From: an uncultured Gammaproteobacteria bacterium
GTDB lineage: Bacteria; Patescibacteriota; Microgenomatia; Levybacterales; GWA1-39-11
DNA: 64,000 nucleotides
Direction of reading: 5' to 3'
NCBI GenBank assembly: GCA_964651815.1
Contig: CAZYWG010000010.1
Span: 1,377-65,376 of the forward strand
Under the pieces are notes generated by a model, which saw nothing but the letters and a program-made list of their open reading frames with translations, had not been told where the DNA came from and did no database searches. The position numbers were made by a program, and so were the translations under genes. Shown here piece by piece: positions 10,166 through 18,177 of this stretch (its first letter is position 1; each line of letters starts with the position of its first letter).

Positions 10166-10693
10166 TCATTTAATCACCTTATATTTTAACAAAAGCGTTC
10201 CTTTTTTATTCAATTTTTCGCTTGATATAATCTCTAGGTTTGATTCAAATTCGCCTTCACTAAATAAATTTTTTCCTTGTCCAAAAATAACCGGCTCAAC
10301 TGTCAAATAGATTTCATCCACCAAATTCTGTTCTAAAAAAGACGAATAAACTTTTGCTCCACCAACAAGAAGCATTTGTTTATATGTTTTAGATAGTCGA
10401 TTTACTAATTCAACAGGAGTTTCCGAGCTAAATTCAAGCGCCCCCTCAACTTGTTCGCCTTTATATTTTTCCTGAGAACTTGTGAGTATAATTCTTAATT
10501 GTCCTTTCTTAGTTTTAAATTTACCCCGAATCACTTCGAAAGTCGAGCTCCCCATCACTATTAATTTGTTCTTTGAAAGAAGATCGAAAAATAATTTTTG
10601 GTCTTCTGGTGACGTCCATTCATAAATATCCTGACTCAAACCGCGGGTTAATTTTCCATTTAAAGATGTTACAGCAACCATTACTATTTTCAT
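10166..10693 (-). CDS. RibD C-terminal domain / dihydrofolate-reductase-like family protein (YwjB-like)
   Basis: MKIVMVAVTSLNGKLTRG...MGSSTFE...QMLLVGGAKVYSSFL, the pattern of the DHFR-like reductase fold. Confidence 0.55.
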   Translation of the reverse strand: MKIVMVAVTSLNGKLTRGLSQDIYEWTSPEDQKLFFDLLSKNKLIVMGSSTFEVIRGKFKTKKGQLRIILTSSQEKYKGEQVEGALEFSSETPVELVNRLSKTYKQMLLVGGAKVYSSFLEQNLVDEIYLTVEPVIFGQGKNLFSEGEFESNLEIISSEKLNKKGTLLLKYKVIK

Positions 10694-10715
10694 GTGGGTT
10701 ATAAATTACAAGTTA

Positions 10716-11378
10716 TTAGTTTTTCACTTTCAGCCACTTAACTCCGGCGTAGACAAAAGGGGTTTCAATAACAGACATAACGCATTTAAGAAACCAATAA
10801 GGTAAAATGAGGCTTGTTAAAAAAGAAACATTTATTCCAAAGCCTTTATCAAATGCGTAAAATGCTAAAAACATGAATATTGCAGTATCAAGGAATTCAG
10901 AAATGAAATTGGAGGCATTATTTCTGAACCACAGAGCTTTTTTGCCAAACTTCTCGCGAATCTTAACAAAAATAAAAACATCAGTAAATTCAGCAATAAC
11001 AAATGCTGTTAGAGATGCTGCGGCAATTCTTGCAGAAAGTCCAAATATAGCGTCATAATGAACTTCTGATAATCTAAATCTTGTGGATGGCGGCAACGCG
11101 GTTGAAATAAGAGAAAAAATCAGGACCAAAAAAACTACCAAAAGTCCGGATCGGACTACGCTTCTTGCTCGTGCAACACCATGAACTTCTGTAATCATAT
11201 CATTAATTGTATAAACAAGAGGAAGAATAAGTATTGCTACACTTGAGTTAAATTGATATCCAAAAACTTTCACGAGGGGGAAAGTCTTTGCACCCATGAG
11301 TTCCGATGCAGCAATACAGAAAATATAGATTGCCACAAGCAAATCAAACTTTTCAACTTTGAATAATTTCATTAACAC
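10716..11378 (-). CDS. YhhQ/Vut-family membrane transporter (queuosine/7-deazaguanine precursor transporter family)
   Basis: YTINDMITEVHGVARARSV conserved motif; 6 TM, about 220 aa. Confidence 0.55.
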   Translation of the reverse strand: MLMKLFKVEKFDLLVAIYIFCIAASELMGAKTFPLVKVFGYQFNSSVAILILPLVYTINDMITEVHGVARARSVVRSGLLVVFLVLIFSLISTALPPSTRFRLSEVHYDAIFGLSARIAAASLTAFVIAEFTDVFIFVKIREKFGKKALWFRNNASNFISEFLDTAIFMFLAFYAFDKGFGINVSFLTSLILPYWFLKCVMSVIETPFVYAGVKWLKVKN

Positions 11379-11439
11379 AAAAAGAATTTTACCACAAAGA
11401 GAATCTAAAGTCAGTTGCTAATTGCTAATTGTTTTTGAA

Positions 11440-12072
11440 CTATTGCTGGGGCGCTACAGGGACAGTAACTTGAGGATTATTGTATTTTTTCATTATTTCT
11501 TGAATTCTTGCTTGATCTGCAGCAGACGGACCTGTTTTGCTACCGGATTGCGTTGTTGTCAAATCCTGAAACTTTACGCCGGTTGGTAAATTAAACACGG
11601 AATCATCAACTGAGGCCACGTGACAATACTGTTTGTATTGCTCAAGCGAATTCATCATGTTTTGGCCTTGGCTGGCTCCAGCCTGCGCTCCGGGAGTAAC
11701 TGTAACACTTGGCATGGCCATTACAATTGCAGAAGATGAATTCCAAAAATAAACTTTACCATCTTTAATTATTACGCTGCCGGAAGTTTGAGCAGTTTTA
11801 CCTGTAAAATCGGACCTGACCATTCCGTTTTTAATGTATGCAACGGTTTTAACTCCCTTTGCTGAGTCTGTAAAATCACATTGCAAACTCAATGATTTCA
11901 TTAAAGCGTCTTTTATTGAGGTGAATGCGTTGGCGGCGGAACCTTGCGTAGGGACGGCTTTTGTTGTGGATGTCTCAATTGGAGCTTTTGAGCTTTTTGC
12001 AAGAAAATATGCAGCCAAACCCAAAATTATTACGGCAACTGCTGCCACGGCCATCATCATATTTTTACTCAT
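11440..12072 (-). CDS. Membrane-anchored secreted protein, unknown function
   Basis: N-terminal TM anchor. Ser/Thr/Gln-rich. Confidence 0.4.
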   Translation of the reverse strand: MSKNMMMAVAAVAVIILGLAAYFLAKSSKAPIETSTTKAVPTQGSAANAFTSIKDALMKSLSLQCDFTDSAKGVKTVAYIKNGMVRSDFTGKTAQTSGSVIIKDGKVYFWNSSSAIVMAMPSVTVTPGAQAGASQGQNMMNSLEQYKQYCHVASVDDSVFNLPTGVKFQDLTTTQSGSKTGPSAADQARIQEIMKKYNNPQVTVPVAPQQ

Positions 12073-12133
12073 AAACCTATGATATCAATTAATTACTGGA
12101 AGTCAAGACCCCGAGGCCAAAAAACAACTCCCC

Positions 12134-12162
12134 TTGAAATTATTATTGGTTAATAGTATATA
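12134..12162 (+). promoter_or_regulatory. Near-consensus sigma70-like promoter: TTGAAA (12134–12139), 17 nt spacer, TATATA (12157–12162). It drives a short plus-strand transcript (12166–12425) in a 358-nt gene-free region.
   Basis: Hexamers and spacing read directly. The only downstream ORF is a 60-aa basic peptide starting at 12169 (MENRANPRSLQELLAMKQQ...). A hairpin plus T-tract lies at 12392–12425. Confidence 0.4.
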
Positions 12163-12381
12163 TAAATTTATGGAAAATAGAGCAAACCCTCGGAGCCTAC
12201 AAGAACTTCTTGCAATGAAACAACAGGATGCGCGTGCAAAAAGCTCTCCGGTTGGGGGTAAATCACGTACTCCGGAAACTCAGGGGCTTCACGGTATGAG
12301 AATCAGTGGTAATAGAAGCAGAAAAAACCATATAAGGCTAAAATATACATAAAAGTAGTATTATCTAGCTTCCGAAATTCC

Positions 12382-12425
12382 AAAAAAAACAGCCCCGGTT
12401 TCCCGAGGCTATGAAACTTTTTTAA
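12382..12425 (-). terminator. Intrinsic terminator for gene 12431..12721. On the minus-sense strand it reads as hairpin AGCCTCGGG-aaa-CCGGGGCT followed by T8. It is partly bidirectional.
   Basis: GC stem with one G·U pair, followed by a U8 tract in minus sense. Confidence 0.6.
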
Positions 12426-12430
12426 AAAGT

Positions 12431-12721
12431 TTATAGATTTCCCTGTCTATTACCACAAACAGCGCTATTGTTTAGTCCTGTCTGCTCTCCGTTAGCACCT
12501 CCTGCTAGATTGTTATCTTTTCCAAAATAACCAAATGCCCCTGAACCTGCTCCTGAGTCACATTGAGCTCCAACTTCTGTGGCTTGTTGTCTTCCGGGAT
12601 TATCATTATATCTATCTATTCCCGGTGTTGAATTTCCTGCAGCGAATGCCGGCACTACCAAACTCCCACACATTACTACAGTAGCTGCTGTCGTAAATGC
12701 AATTTTTTTAATATTTAACAT
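12431..12721 (-). CDS. Small secreted Gly-rich 2-Cys protein (paralog family with 12931..13185)
   Basis: Signal peptide MLNIKKIAFTTAATVVMCGSLVVPAFAA, Gly/Asn-rich mature part with 2 Cys. Strong RBS AAAGGAGGTGAATAT. Confidence 0.5.
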   Translation of the reverse strand: MLNIKKIAFTTAATVVMCGSLVVPAFAAGNSTPGIDRYNDNPGRQQATEVGAQCDSGAGSGAFGYFGKDNNLAGGANGEQTGLNNSAVCGNRQGNL

Positions 12722-12735
12722 ATATTCACCTCCTT

Positions 12736-12784
12736 TAGAAATTCTTAACGAACTTCGTGAGTTTTAGAATTTCTTAAGTCCGCC
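12736..12784 (-). promoter_or_regulatory. Conserved cis-element, copy C: TTAAGAAATTCTAA ... ACGAAGTTCGT ... AGAATTTCTAAAGGAGG, directly upstream of 12721 start
   Basis: Shares the TTAAGAAATTCTAA and ACTTCGTG/CACGAAGT motifs with copies at 13992–14070, 16066–16140 and 16761–16817. Confidence 0.5.
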
Positions 12785-12870
12785 AATAAGAGTATCTTAC
12801 ACATTCCTTAATGCTAGCTTGTCTATGTAAGACACATATAATAAATAAGCAAGATGAATGTAAGCTAGCC

Positions 12871-12912
12871 CAAAAAAAACAACCCTCCGGGAGCGCTCCC
12901 ATTGGGCTGTTT
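12871..12912 (-). terminator. Putative intrinsic terminator for gene 12931..13185 (GGGAGCGCTCCC palindrome followed by T8 in minus sense)
   Basis: GC palindrome plus U8. The stem is short, so moderate. Confidence 0.4.
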
Positions 12913-12930
12913 TAAAACTTCACGTCAAAA

Positions 12931-13185
12931 CTATGGAGTCGGATCTCCACCACATCCAGTCTTGTATGCTTGGTTGATTGGACCGTTATCTCCGGCCCGT
13001 TGTGAAGCGTAATAACCTACTCCACCTGCATCATGACCAAGTGATCCGTTTACTACTGCATATGCTGCGCGGTCTGAACCGAAACATCCCGGGGTTGCTG
13101 GTGCTGCTGCGAATGCAGGAGCAATTAAGCTTCCCACCATCATAGTAGTTGCTGCTGCTGTAAACGCTATTTTCTTAATACTCAT
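12931..13185 (-). CDS. Small secreted Gly-rich 2-Cys protein (paralog of 12431..12721)
   Basis: Signal peptide MSIKKIAFTAAATTMMVGSLIAPAFAA is nearly identical to its neighbour's. RBS AGGAGGTGAATAAAAAATG. Confidence 0.5.
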   Translation of the reverse strand: MSIKKIAFTAAATTMMVGSLIAPAFAAAPATPGCFGSDRAAYAVVNGSLGHDAGGVGYYASQRAGDNGPINQAYKTGCGGDPTP

Positions 13186-13243
13186 TTTTTATTCACCTCC
13201 TGCCTTACCGGCCATACGGCCGGGGTTTTATTCAAATCATATC

Positions 13244-13975
13244 CTACGGAGTTACTGTAGGACCTGCTCCTAAGTTTTTGCCTTGTGTGGCAAAGAAACT
13301 TACGCAATCTCCCTGATTCTTAAATTTGTGACCTTGACCATCGTTAAGATTTTTCCAGCCATCTTTCTTACAGTCATTAACAGTTGGCAAAATCTCTGTT
13401 ATTACTACATTATCCAAAGCAGGACCAAAAGCGCCAGGGATAGTACTTGTAAAACTGAGCGTTGAACTCGTTCCGGTTGCTACAAAAGAATATGAGTGAT
13501 TTTCCCACATCATATTGGTAAGACTATTCCCTTTTGCACTTGTGTCATAGCTATAAGTTGCCGGTGAACCTCCACCGGTTGCATTAATAGTTACTTGTTT
13601 ATTGCTTGGACTATAATAAGGATCGTTCACATCCGAACGGCTATCCGGATTTCCAGACAAATCAAAAGTGACATTGTATTTTCCTCCAGCAACAGTTGTA
13701 AGGGTTTGACTAATAGATCCTGTTGTTAAACCATTAAGATCTATACTCCGTTGTAAATCAGATGCAACCCAATAATTACCGATCCAATCTACGCTACCAG
13801 TATCCACATTCCAACCAGCAATACTGCTGTTGGGGGCGACAAGTGTATCGAATGTCTGCCCTGTGTAACTGCCTTCAAAACTTCCATTAGAACCAACAGC
13901 AAAAGCTGCTCCCGCAACGCTTCCAAATAAAAGTGCTGATGCGGCTGCACTTATTAAAATTTTCTTTATATTCAT
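13244..13975 (-). CDS. Secreted DUF642 / choice-of-anchor-C-like domain protein
   Basis: Signal peptide MNIKKILISAAASALLFGSVAGAAFA. NGSFE...GW.VDTGSVDWIG...DLNG pattern typical of DUF642. Confidence 0.5.
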   Translation of the reverse strand: MNIKKILISAAASALLFGSVAGAAFAVGSNGSFEGSYTGQTFDTLVAPNSSIAGWNVDTGSVDWIGNYWVASDLQRSIDLNGLTTGSISQTLTTVAGGKYNVTFDLSGNPDSRSDVNDPYYSPSNKQVTINATGGGSPATYSYDTSAKGNSLTNMMWENHSYSFVATGTSSTLSFTSTIPGAFGPALDNVVITEILPTVNDCKKDGWKNLNDGQGHKFKNQGDCVSFFATQGKNLGAGPTVTP

Positions 13976-13991
13976 TTTTTATTCACCTCCT

Positions 13992-14070
13992 TTAGAAATT
14001 CTTCCGATTTTAAACTTTGTTTGAAGAGGATTAGAATTTCTTAAGTTCTGCAACTCGTAATGTTGCAGAA
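13992..14070 (-). promoter_or_regulatory. Conserved cis-element, copy A: hairpin CTGCAAC-tcgtaat-GTTGCAG, then TTAAGAAATTCTAATCCTCTTCAAACAAAGTTTAAAATCGGAAGAATTTCTAAAGGAGG, then ATG of 13975
   Basis: Near-identical 45-nt core with copy B (16066–16140). Possible -35 TTCTAA / -10 TAAAAT. Confidence 0.55.
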
Positions 14071-14171
14071 CCATGCGCTAAGAATTCTTTCCGAACAGTT
14101 AACTTTATTCTTTATAGAGACAGATTGTCAAGACGGGCAAAACATGACTTTTTATATCAATCTGACAAAGA

Positions 14172-15122
14172 TTAAAGAGAGATGAGGTCCAGGAATCTGT
14201 TGAAAATATTTTCACTTGTTCCCGTAATATCTCCTGTATCAGCAGATACCGTAACGGTTTTACCTACAGATACGGGAATAAAGCCAAACAACTTTTTATC
14301 AAGAGAGCCTTTAACTTTATAAACAGGCGCTCCGTTTTCTTCAGTCAATTCTATATTGTCATTTGTTACGCTTGATATTGACTGCCCGTCAGATGAGGAG
14401 GTAGTAAACAAGACTCCGCTGCCGCTTGAACTTCCGCCAGACTCTTCTGCAGAACTTGAGGCAATGTGTCCCCCGATTTTGCTTATTATCCCTTTTGTCA
14501 AAATATTTTCCACTGCACGGTCCGGCAGAATAGTAACAACTTTTGTACCGGCAGGCGTTGTAATAATAAGCGCGTTTGTTGTGGGGTCAATTGAAATTGG
14601 AAAGTGGGATATTGCCCCCAAATGTTTACCGTGTACATCAAAGCTTCCTCCGTTAGTTGCAATATCAACATTCTCCAACTCATTCCCAACTTCAACTTCA
14701 TGCTCAACTGGTGTAGGTTTAATTAAATTTCCAATTACGGATCTTCCGTGAGTCCCAACATTCTCCGCAGAGACTTGAGTATTTCCACGGACCGAATCAC
14801 TACCAGAGCCGTGACTATCCGAATTTGATGCCGGTGGATTATGTGAACCCGATTCTATAGAATTCAATCCACCATGCTCTCCACCACTTCCACCACCGCC
14901 GATATCATCTCCGCCACGAGCCAAAAAAGAACTTGCTCCCAATACGTTTGGCTGCAAAAGCATTGTCGAAATTTTGAAAGTTACTCCTCCGAACAAAACC
15001 ATAAGAACAGATACAATTACAATTCTAAAAAGTACGCTTTGAGATTTCTTTTGTGGAGATTTTTTTCCTTTTCTTTGAGTTGACATATATATAATTTGAC
15101 ACAAAAAGCAATAGTTTGTCAA
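14172..15122 (-). CDS. Membrane-anchored Gly/Ser-rich protein of unknown function. The likely true start is the internal Met at 15086 (MSTQRKGKK...).
   Basis: Basic N-tail plus one TM, then a GGGGSGGEHGG low-complexity region and a Ser/Thr-rich C-terminal. Confidence 0.4.
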   Translation of the reverse strand: MTNYCFLCQIIYMSTQRKGKKSPQKKSQSVLFRIVIVSVLMVLFGGVTFKISTMLLQPNVLGASSFLARGGDDIGGGGSGGEHGGLNSIESGSHNPPASNSDSHGSGSDSVRGNTQVSAENVGTHGRSVIGNLIKPTPVEHEVEVGNELENVDIATNGGSFDVHGKHLGAISHFPISIDPTTNALIITTPAGTKVVTILPDRAVENILTKGIISKIGGHIASSSAEESGGSSSGSGVLFTTSSSDGQSISSVTNDNIELTEENGAPVYKVKGSLDKKLFGFIPVSVGKTVTVSADTGDITGTSENIFNRFLDLISL

Positions 15123-15192
15123 TACATACGAGGTAAACGTTTACCAATCGAATTAAAATATTAGATTATTCGAAATTGAAAGTAGTTTAAAT

Positions 15193-15741
15193 TTAGAAGG
15201 GGTAACCTTTGAGGCCTTGGACTCCTTTGATAGCAGAAATTTCTCCCGTCAAATGGGCTGCGTGCGCTATAACAAAATTGCTAATTAGCATAGCCCTAGA
15301 ACTTTTTCCCATCGGCCCCATATCTATTTCTTCATCTAAATCTTCTTCTTTAAGGGTTGCCAGATAGTCATCTGACTGTTTGTAAACTTTTTGCGCAAAC
15401 GATTTAAGTTTTGCCAAGTCAATTTTTACAGTTTTAACCCAAGCGGGATATGTTGAAAAATCGCCGGTTGGCATAGGGATAGAAAGCCCGGTGTCGGCTC
15501 CTTCCGTCATCATTTTTTTCTTCATTAGCATTTGCGAAACAATCATGTCTTCAGAAATTACAGCGTGGGCATAGGAAGCTCCGACAGATTGTGCTTTTCC
15601 GGTGTCGGAAAAATCAGCGACTTCAGGGGTAACATCATTCATAGTCCCTTCAAGGACTTCATGGTTTGATTTTAATTGGTCACGCAATAACTGAACGGTA
15701 TTCATACCACTCATTATATTAGTAGAATAAAAGCAATACAA
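15193..15741 (-). CDS. DinB/YfiT-like (DinB_2 superfamily) protein
   Basis: C-terminal SNFVIAHAAHLTGEISAIKG, reminiscent of the DinB-family His motif. Uncertain. Confidence 0.4.
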   Translation of the reverse strand: MYCFYSTNIMSGMNTVQLLRDQLKSNHEVLEGTMNDVTPEVADFSDTGKAQSVGASYAHAVISEDMIVSQMLMKKKMMTEGADTGLSIPMPTGDFSTYPAWVKTVKIDLAKLKSFAQKVYKQSDDYLATLKEEDLDEEIDMGPMGKSSRAMLISNFVIAHAAHLTGEISAIKGVQGLKGYPF

Positions 15742-15778
15742 TAAGAAAAATGTAATCTTTCCGTATCAATTTTATATC

Positions 15779-15949
15779 TTAGTTCTTGCGCATGAAATCA
15801 AGTGCTCCTGCAATAACAACTATTACTACTCCAACCAAGACGCTAGCAAGTGATGGCACAAGTGCTGCCAAAATAAGACCGAGACCAAGACCAACTGCAG
15901 AATGCATAATTGCGTGCGGCGTAAAACATTCTTTCATTTTTTTATCCAT
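15779..15949 (-). CDS. Small membrane protein (56 aa) missed by the ORF track: MDKKMKECFTPHAIMHSAVGLGLGLILAALVPSLASVLVGVVIVVIAGALDFMRKN
   Basis: Manual minus-strand translation. RBS GGAGGTGATAATAAATG. Lies downstream of conserved element copy B. Confidence 0.45.
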   Translation of the reverse strand: MDKKMKECFTPHAIMHSAVGLGLGLILAALVPSLASVLVGVVIVVIAGALDFMRKN

Positions 15950-16065
15950 TTATTATCACCTCCAATCTTTTTTCGTCCCTAGAAATAATATGAAGAAAAA
16001 GATTGGACACTGAGCACCGAGGTGCGAAGTGTAACCTATTTCTTTTGGGACTAACTATTTAATTA

Positions 16066-16140
16066 TATTCTTTCCGATTTCAAACTTTGTTTGAAGAGGA
16101 TTAGAATTTTTTAAGTCCTGCAGCACTTCGTGTGCAGGAC
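16066..16140 (-). promoter_or_regulatory. Conserved cis-element, copy B: hairpin GTCCTGCA-cacgaagtg-cTGCAGGAC, then TTAAAAAATTCTAATCCTCTTCAAACAAAGTTTGAAATCGGAAAGAAT
   Basis: 45-nt core matches copy A with 2–3 differences. Possible -10 TGAAAT. Confidence 0.55.
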
Positions 16141-16191
16141 TACAGTTAATTTTTACATATCTCTTCGATCTCTTGTCAATACTCAAAACTG

Positions 16192-16566
16192 CTATGAATT
16201 TCTCTCTAGGAATTTCTCGAGTGCATCTAGTTGCCTAGTCCAAAATTCTTTGTAAAACTCAACATAGCGATATGCGTCTTTTAATGGCTGCGGATGGAGA
16301 TGAATTATATGCTCTCTTCCCATTTTTTGACGTCTGATAAGTTTTGCTTTTTCCAAAACTTTTAAATGTTTACTGACTGCAACCAGTGACATTTTATAAG
16401 GCTCTTTAATTTCTGTGACAGTAAGAGGTTTTTTAGTAAGTCTCTCAAGAATTTTTCTTCGCGTCGGGTCTGAAAGAGATTGAAATATCAAGTCTAATTG
16501 CGGGTTGCTGTAAAGATGCTTAACCATTTGGTTAAACATAATACCAGAGGGGATTTTGGATGTCAA
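16192..16566 (-). CDS. ArsR/SmtB-family winged-helix transcriptional regulator
   Basis: LSDPTRRKILERLTKKPLTVTEI...VSKHLKVLEKAKLI HTH signature. Confidence 0.7.
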   Translation of the reverse strand: MTSKIPSGIMFNQMVKHLYSNPQLDLIFQSLSDPTRRKILERLTKKPLTVTEIKEPYKMSLVAVSKHLKVLEKAKLIRRQKMGREHIIHLHPQPLKDAYRYVEFYKEFWTRQLDALEKFLERNS

Positions 16567-16578
16567 GTGTAAGAATGC

Positions 16579-16752
16579 TTAATTTGGCTGGGGGACTTTT
16601 GCGCCTTCTCTTCTCGCCTCGGATAAACCTATGGCAATTGCCTGTTTTCTGGATTTTACTTTCTTGCCACTCGTACCCATTTTGAGCTTCCCCGCTTTCA
16701 TTTCCTTAATTGCGCGCTCTACTTTTTTTCCTGCTTTTGGTCCATATTTCAT
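16579..16752 (-). CDS. Small basic protein (57 aa): MKYGPKAGKKVERAIKEMKAGKLKMGTSGKKVKSRKQAIAIGLSEARREGAKVPQPN. It resembles a widespread small 'KGG/general-stress-like' family.
   Basis: Manual translation. Below the ORF-track size cutoff. Directly preceded by element copy D. Confidence 0.45.
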   Translation of the reverse strand: MKYGPKAGKKVERAIKEMKAGKLKMGTSGKKVKSRKQAIAIGLSEARREGAKVPQPN

Positions 16753-16760
16753 AAAAAATA

Positions 16761-16817
16761 TTTCCGAACTTCAGTGAGGATTAGATTTTTTTGCTTCAGA
16801 CACGAAGTGACTGAAGT
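16761..16817 (-). promoter_or_regulatory. Conserved cis-element, copy D (shortened): TTTCCGAACTTCAGTGAGGATTAGATTTTTTT plus hairpin GCTTCAG-acacgaagtga-CTGAAG
   Basis: Shares TTCCGA, GAGGATTAGA, an A/T tract and a hairpin with a CACGAAGTG loop with copies A and B. Confidence 0.45.
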
Positions 16818-16829
16818 TACCTTCTCCTC

Positions 16830-17078
16830 TTAAAAATCATGTATCCATATTTTTTGGGGGGATGAGAAAACTTCCCTGTTTAAAACAGCAAACAACGCAA
16901 ATTCAGAATCCGGAAATGGTTCATCTCTTAGTTCATCTGCGGCGATGAGTAAATCTTTCCTTTCGCCTTCATCTATGTTTTCGGCATGGCTCTCGAGCAA
17001 GACTTCCAACTCTTCCCAACACCTAAGTTGCATATCATTCCATAGTAAACCTATATCTTCACGCGAAACCTTTGACAT
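16830..17078 (-). CDS. Acidic hypothetical protein (82 aa)
   Basis: ORF only. Confidence 0.35.
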   Translation of the reverse strand: MSKVSREDIGLLWNDMQLRCWEELEVLLESHAENIDEGERKDLLIAADELRDEPFPDSEFALFAVLNREVFSSPQKIWIHDF

Positions 17079-17139
17079 ATGGCATACTTTAGACCCCGGG
17101 ATTCAAGAACACAAAAGAATGTTGTAAGGAAATAGAAAG

Positions 17140-17475
17140 TTATGACTTTTTGTGAGCTTGTATCGCTTTTTCAATCCATTCTTCTAGAGACTCACTGTCC
17201 TCCACAATATCCTCTGGGACTTCCCAATATGATAATGTCTGCTCTCGCCCGTTGTGGGCCTTAAAAACATATGGTTTTAAGCCACGAGATTCATAGTCAG
17301 ATTTGTTCGACTCTCCAACTTTGAAAAACAATTTTCCTTCCGCAACAATTCCAAAAATTTTCCCGTTTTTATAGTACCCATACCCTCCAAACATAGATTT
17401 AGAACTTATCCCGTCCATTCCAGCAAAAACGTCATTCATTAAATATTCATGGAAAGATTTATTGCTGTTTGTCAT
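17140..17475 (-). CDS. TfoX/Sxy N-terminal-domain protein
   Basis: SKSMFGGYGYYKNGKIFGIV matches the TfoX_N core (MFGG.G.Y). Confidence 0.5.
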   Translation of the reverse strand: MTNSNKSFHEYLMNDVFAGMDGISSKSMFGGYGYYKNGKIFGIVAEGKLFFKVGESNKSDYESRGLKPYVFKAHNGREQTLSYWEVPEDIVEDSESLEEWIEKAIQAHKKS

Positions 17476-17834
17476 ATTCCGCTTGGTTCGTTGGGACGCA
17501 TATTAAGTACCACTTGTCTTTCGTGAGTCCTGCCAATTTGTTTTAGTATAACCGCGCGTTGGCCCACCTTCAATTCTATATCAGAAGTTTTGTTCCATAC
17601 TTTACCCTTTGTATCTTCCGGCTTACTAAAAACTATAATTTCCGTATCTTTACCAAGACCGGTCGGCTTGATGCTTGCAGAATTATCAGTTACGGTAATA
17701 TTAACTTTTGAATTAGAAGAGAGTTTCATACTCAGGGATTCTTCCGTATCAATCCATTTTTCACGCTCTCTTATAATTCGGATTCCGTGACGTGGGGCAT
17801 GGCGCACTAAATAATCTAATGTCTCAAGACTCAT
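17472..17834 (-). CDS. Hypothetical protein (120 aa), 4-nt overlap with the TfoX_N gene
   Basis: ORF only. ATGA-type coupling. Confidence 0.35.
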   Translation of the reverse strand: MSLETLDYLVRHAPRHGIRIIREREKWIDTEESLSMKLSSNSKVNITVTDNSASIKPTGLGKDTEIIVFSKPEDTKGKVWNKTSDIELKVGQRAVILKQIGRTHERQVVLNMRPNEPSGI

Positions 17835-17926
17835 AAGGAGAATATTTTACAAGATAATTGCGGCAAGTTCAAACAATTCGCTTTACGGTAAGATAGAAGG
17901 ATCTAATACCTGCCGAACCAGACATA

Positions 17927-18106
17927 TTAAATCAGAGTGTAAATGAATGGGGCGACACCCGTGGCCGTTGCAAGGAATAAAATTGCTGCAAAAATTAAAA
18001 GTATTACTATAAACGGAATTATAAACCACATTTTTGCCTTCCACAAAAATGCTATTAAGTCACTTGTTTCGCCGCTTCTTGTTTTTACATTTTTTACAAC
18101 ATTCAT
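17927..18106 (-). CDS. Small membrane protein (59 aa) downstream of carbamoyltransferase (DUF5989-like)
   Basis: Manual translation MNVVKNVKTRSGETSDLIAFLWKAKMWFIIPFIVILLIFAAILFLATATGVAPFIYTLI. Confidence 0.4.
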   Translation of the reverse strand: MNVVKNVKTRSGETSDLIAFLWKAKMWFIIPFIVILLIFAAILFLATATGVAPFIYTLI

Positions 18107-18177
18107 GTGCCGACCTTAAAATATTATGGCATCCTTAGGAGTCCCGATTTGATCGGGACGACGTACAGGATTTACCA

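Noticed and set aside
12073-12430. SRP RNA, 6S or tmRNA identity for the promoter-driven transcript
   Set aside because: No helix-8 GNAR/GGAA motif with flanking CAGG/AGCAGCC, and no tRNA-like ends.
14048-16816. Hairpins in the conserved elements as intrinsic terminators of the upstream genes
   Set aside because: In the sense orientation of the minus-strand transcripts each hairpin is followed by an A-tract, not a U-tract. On the plus strand the T-tract precedes the hairpin. They are therefore not rho-independent terminators.
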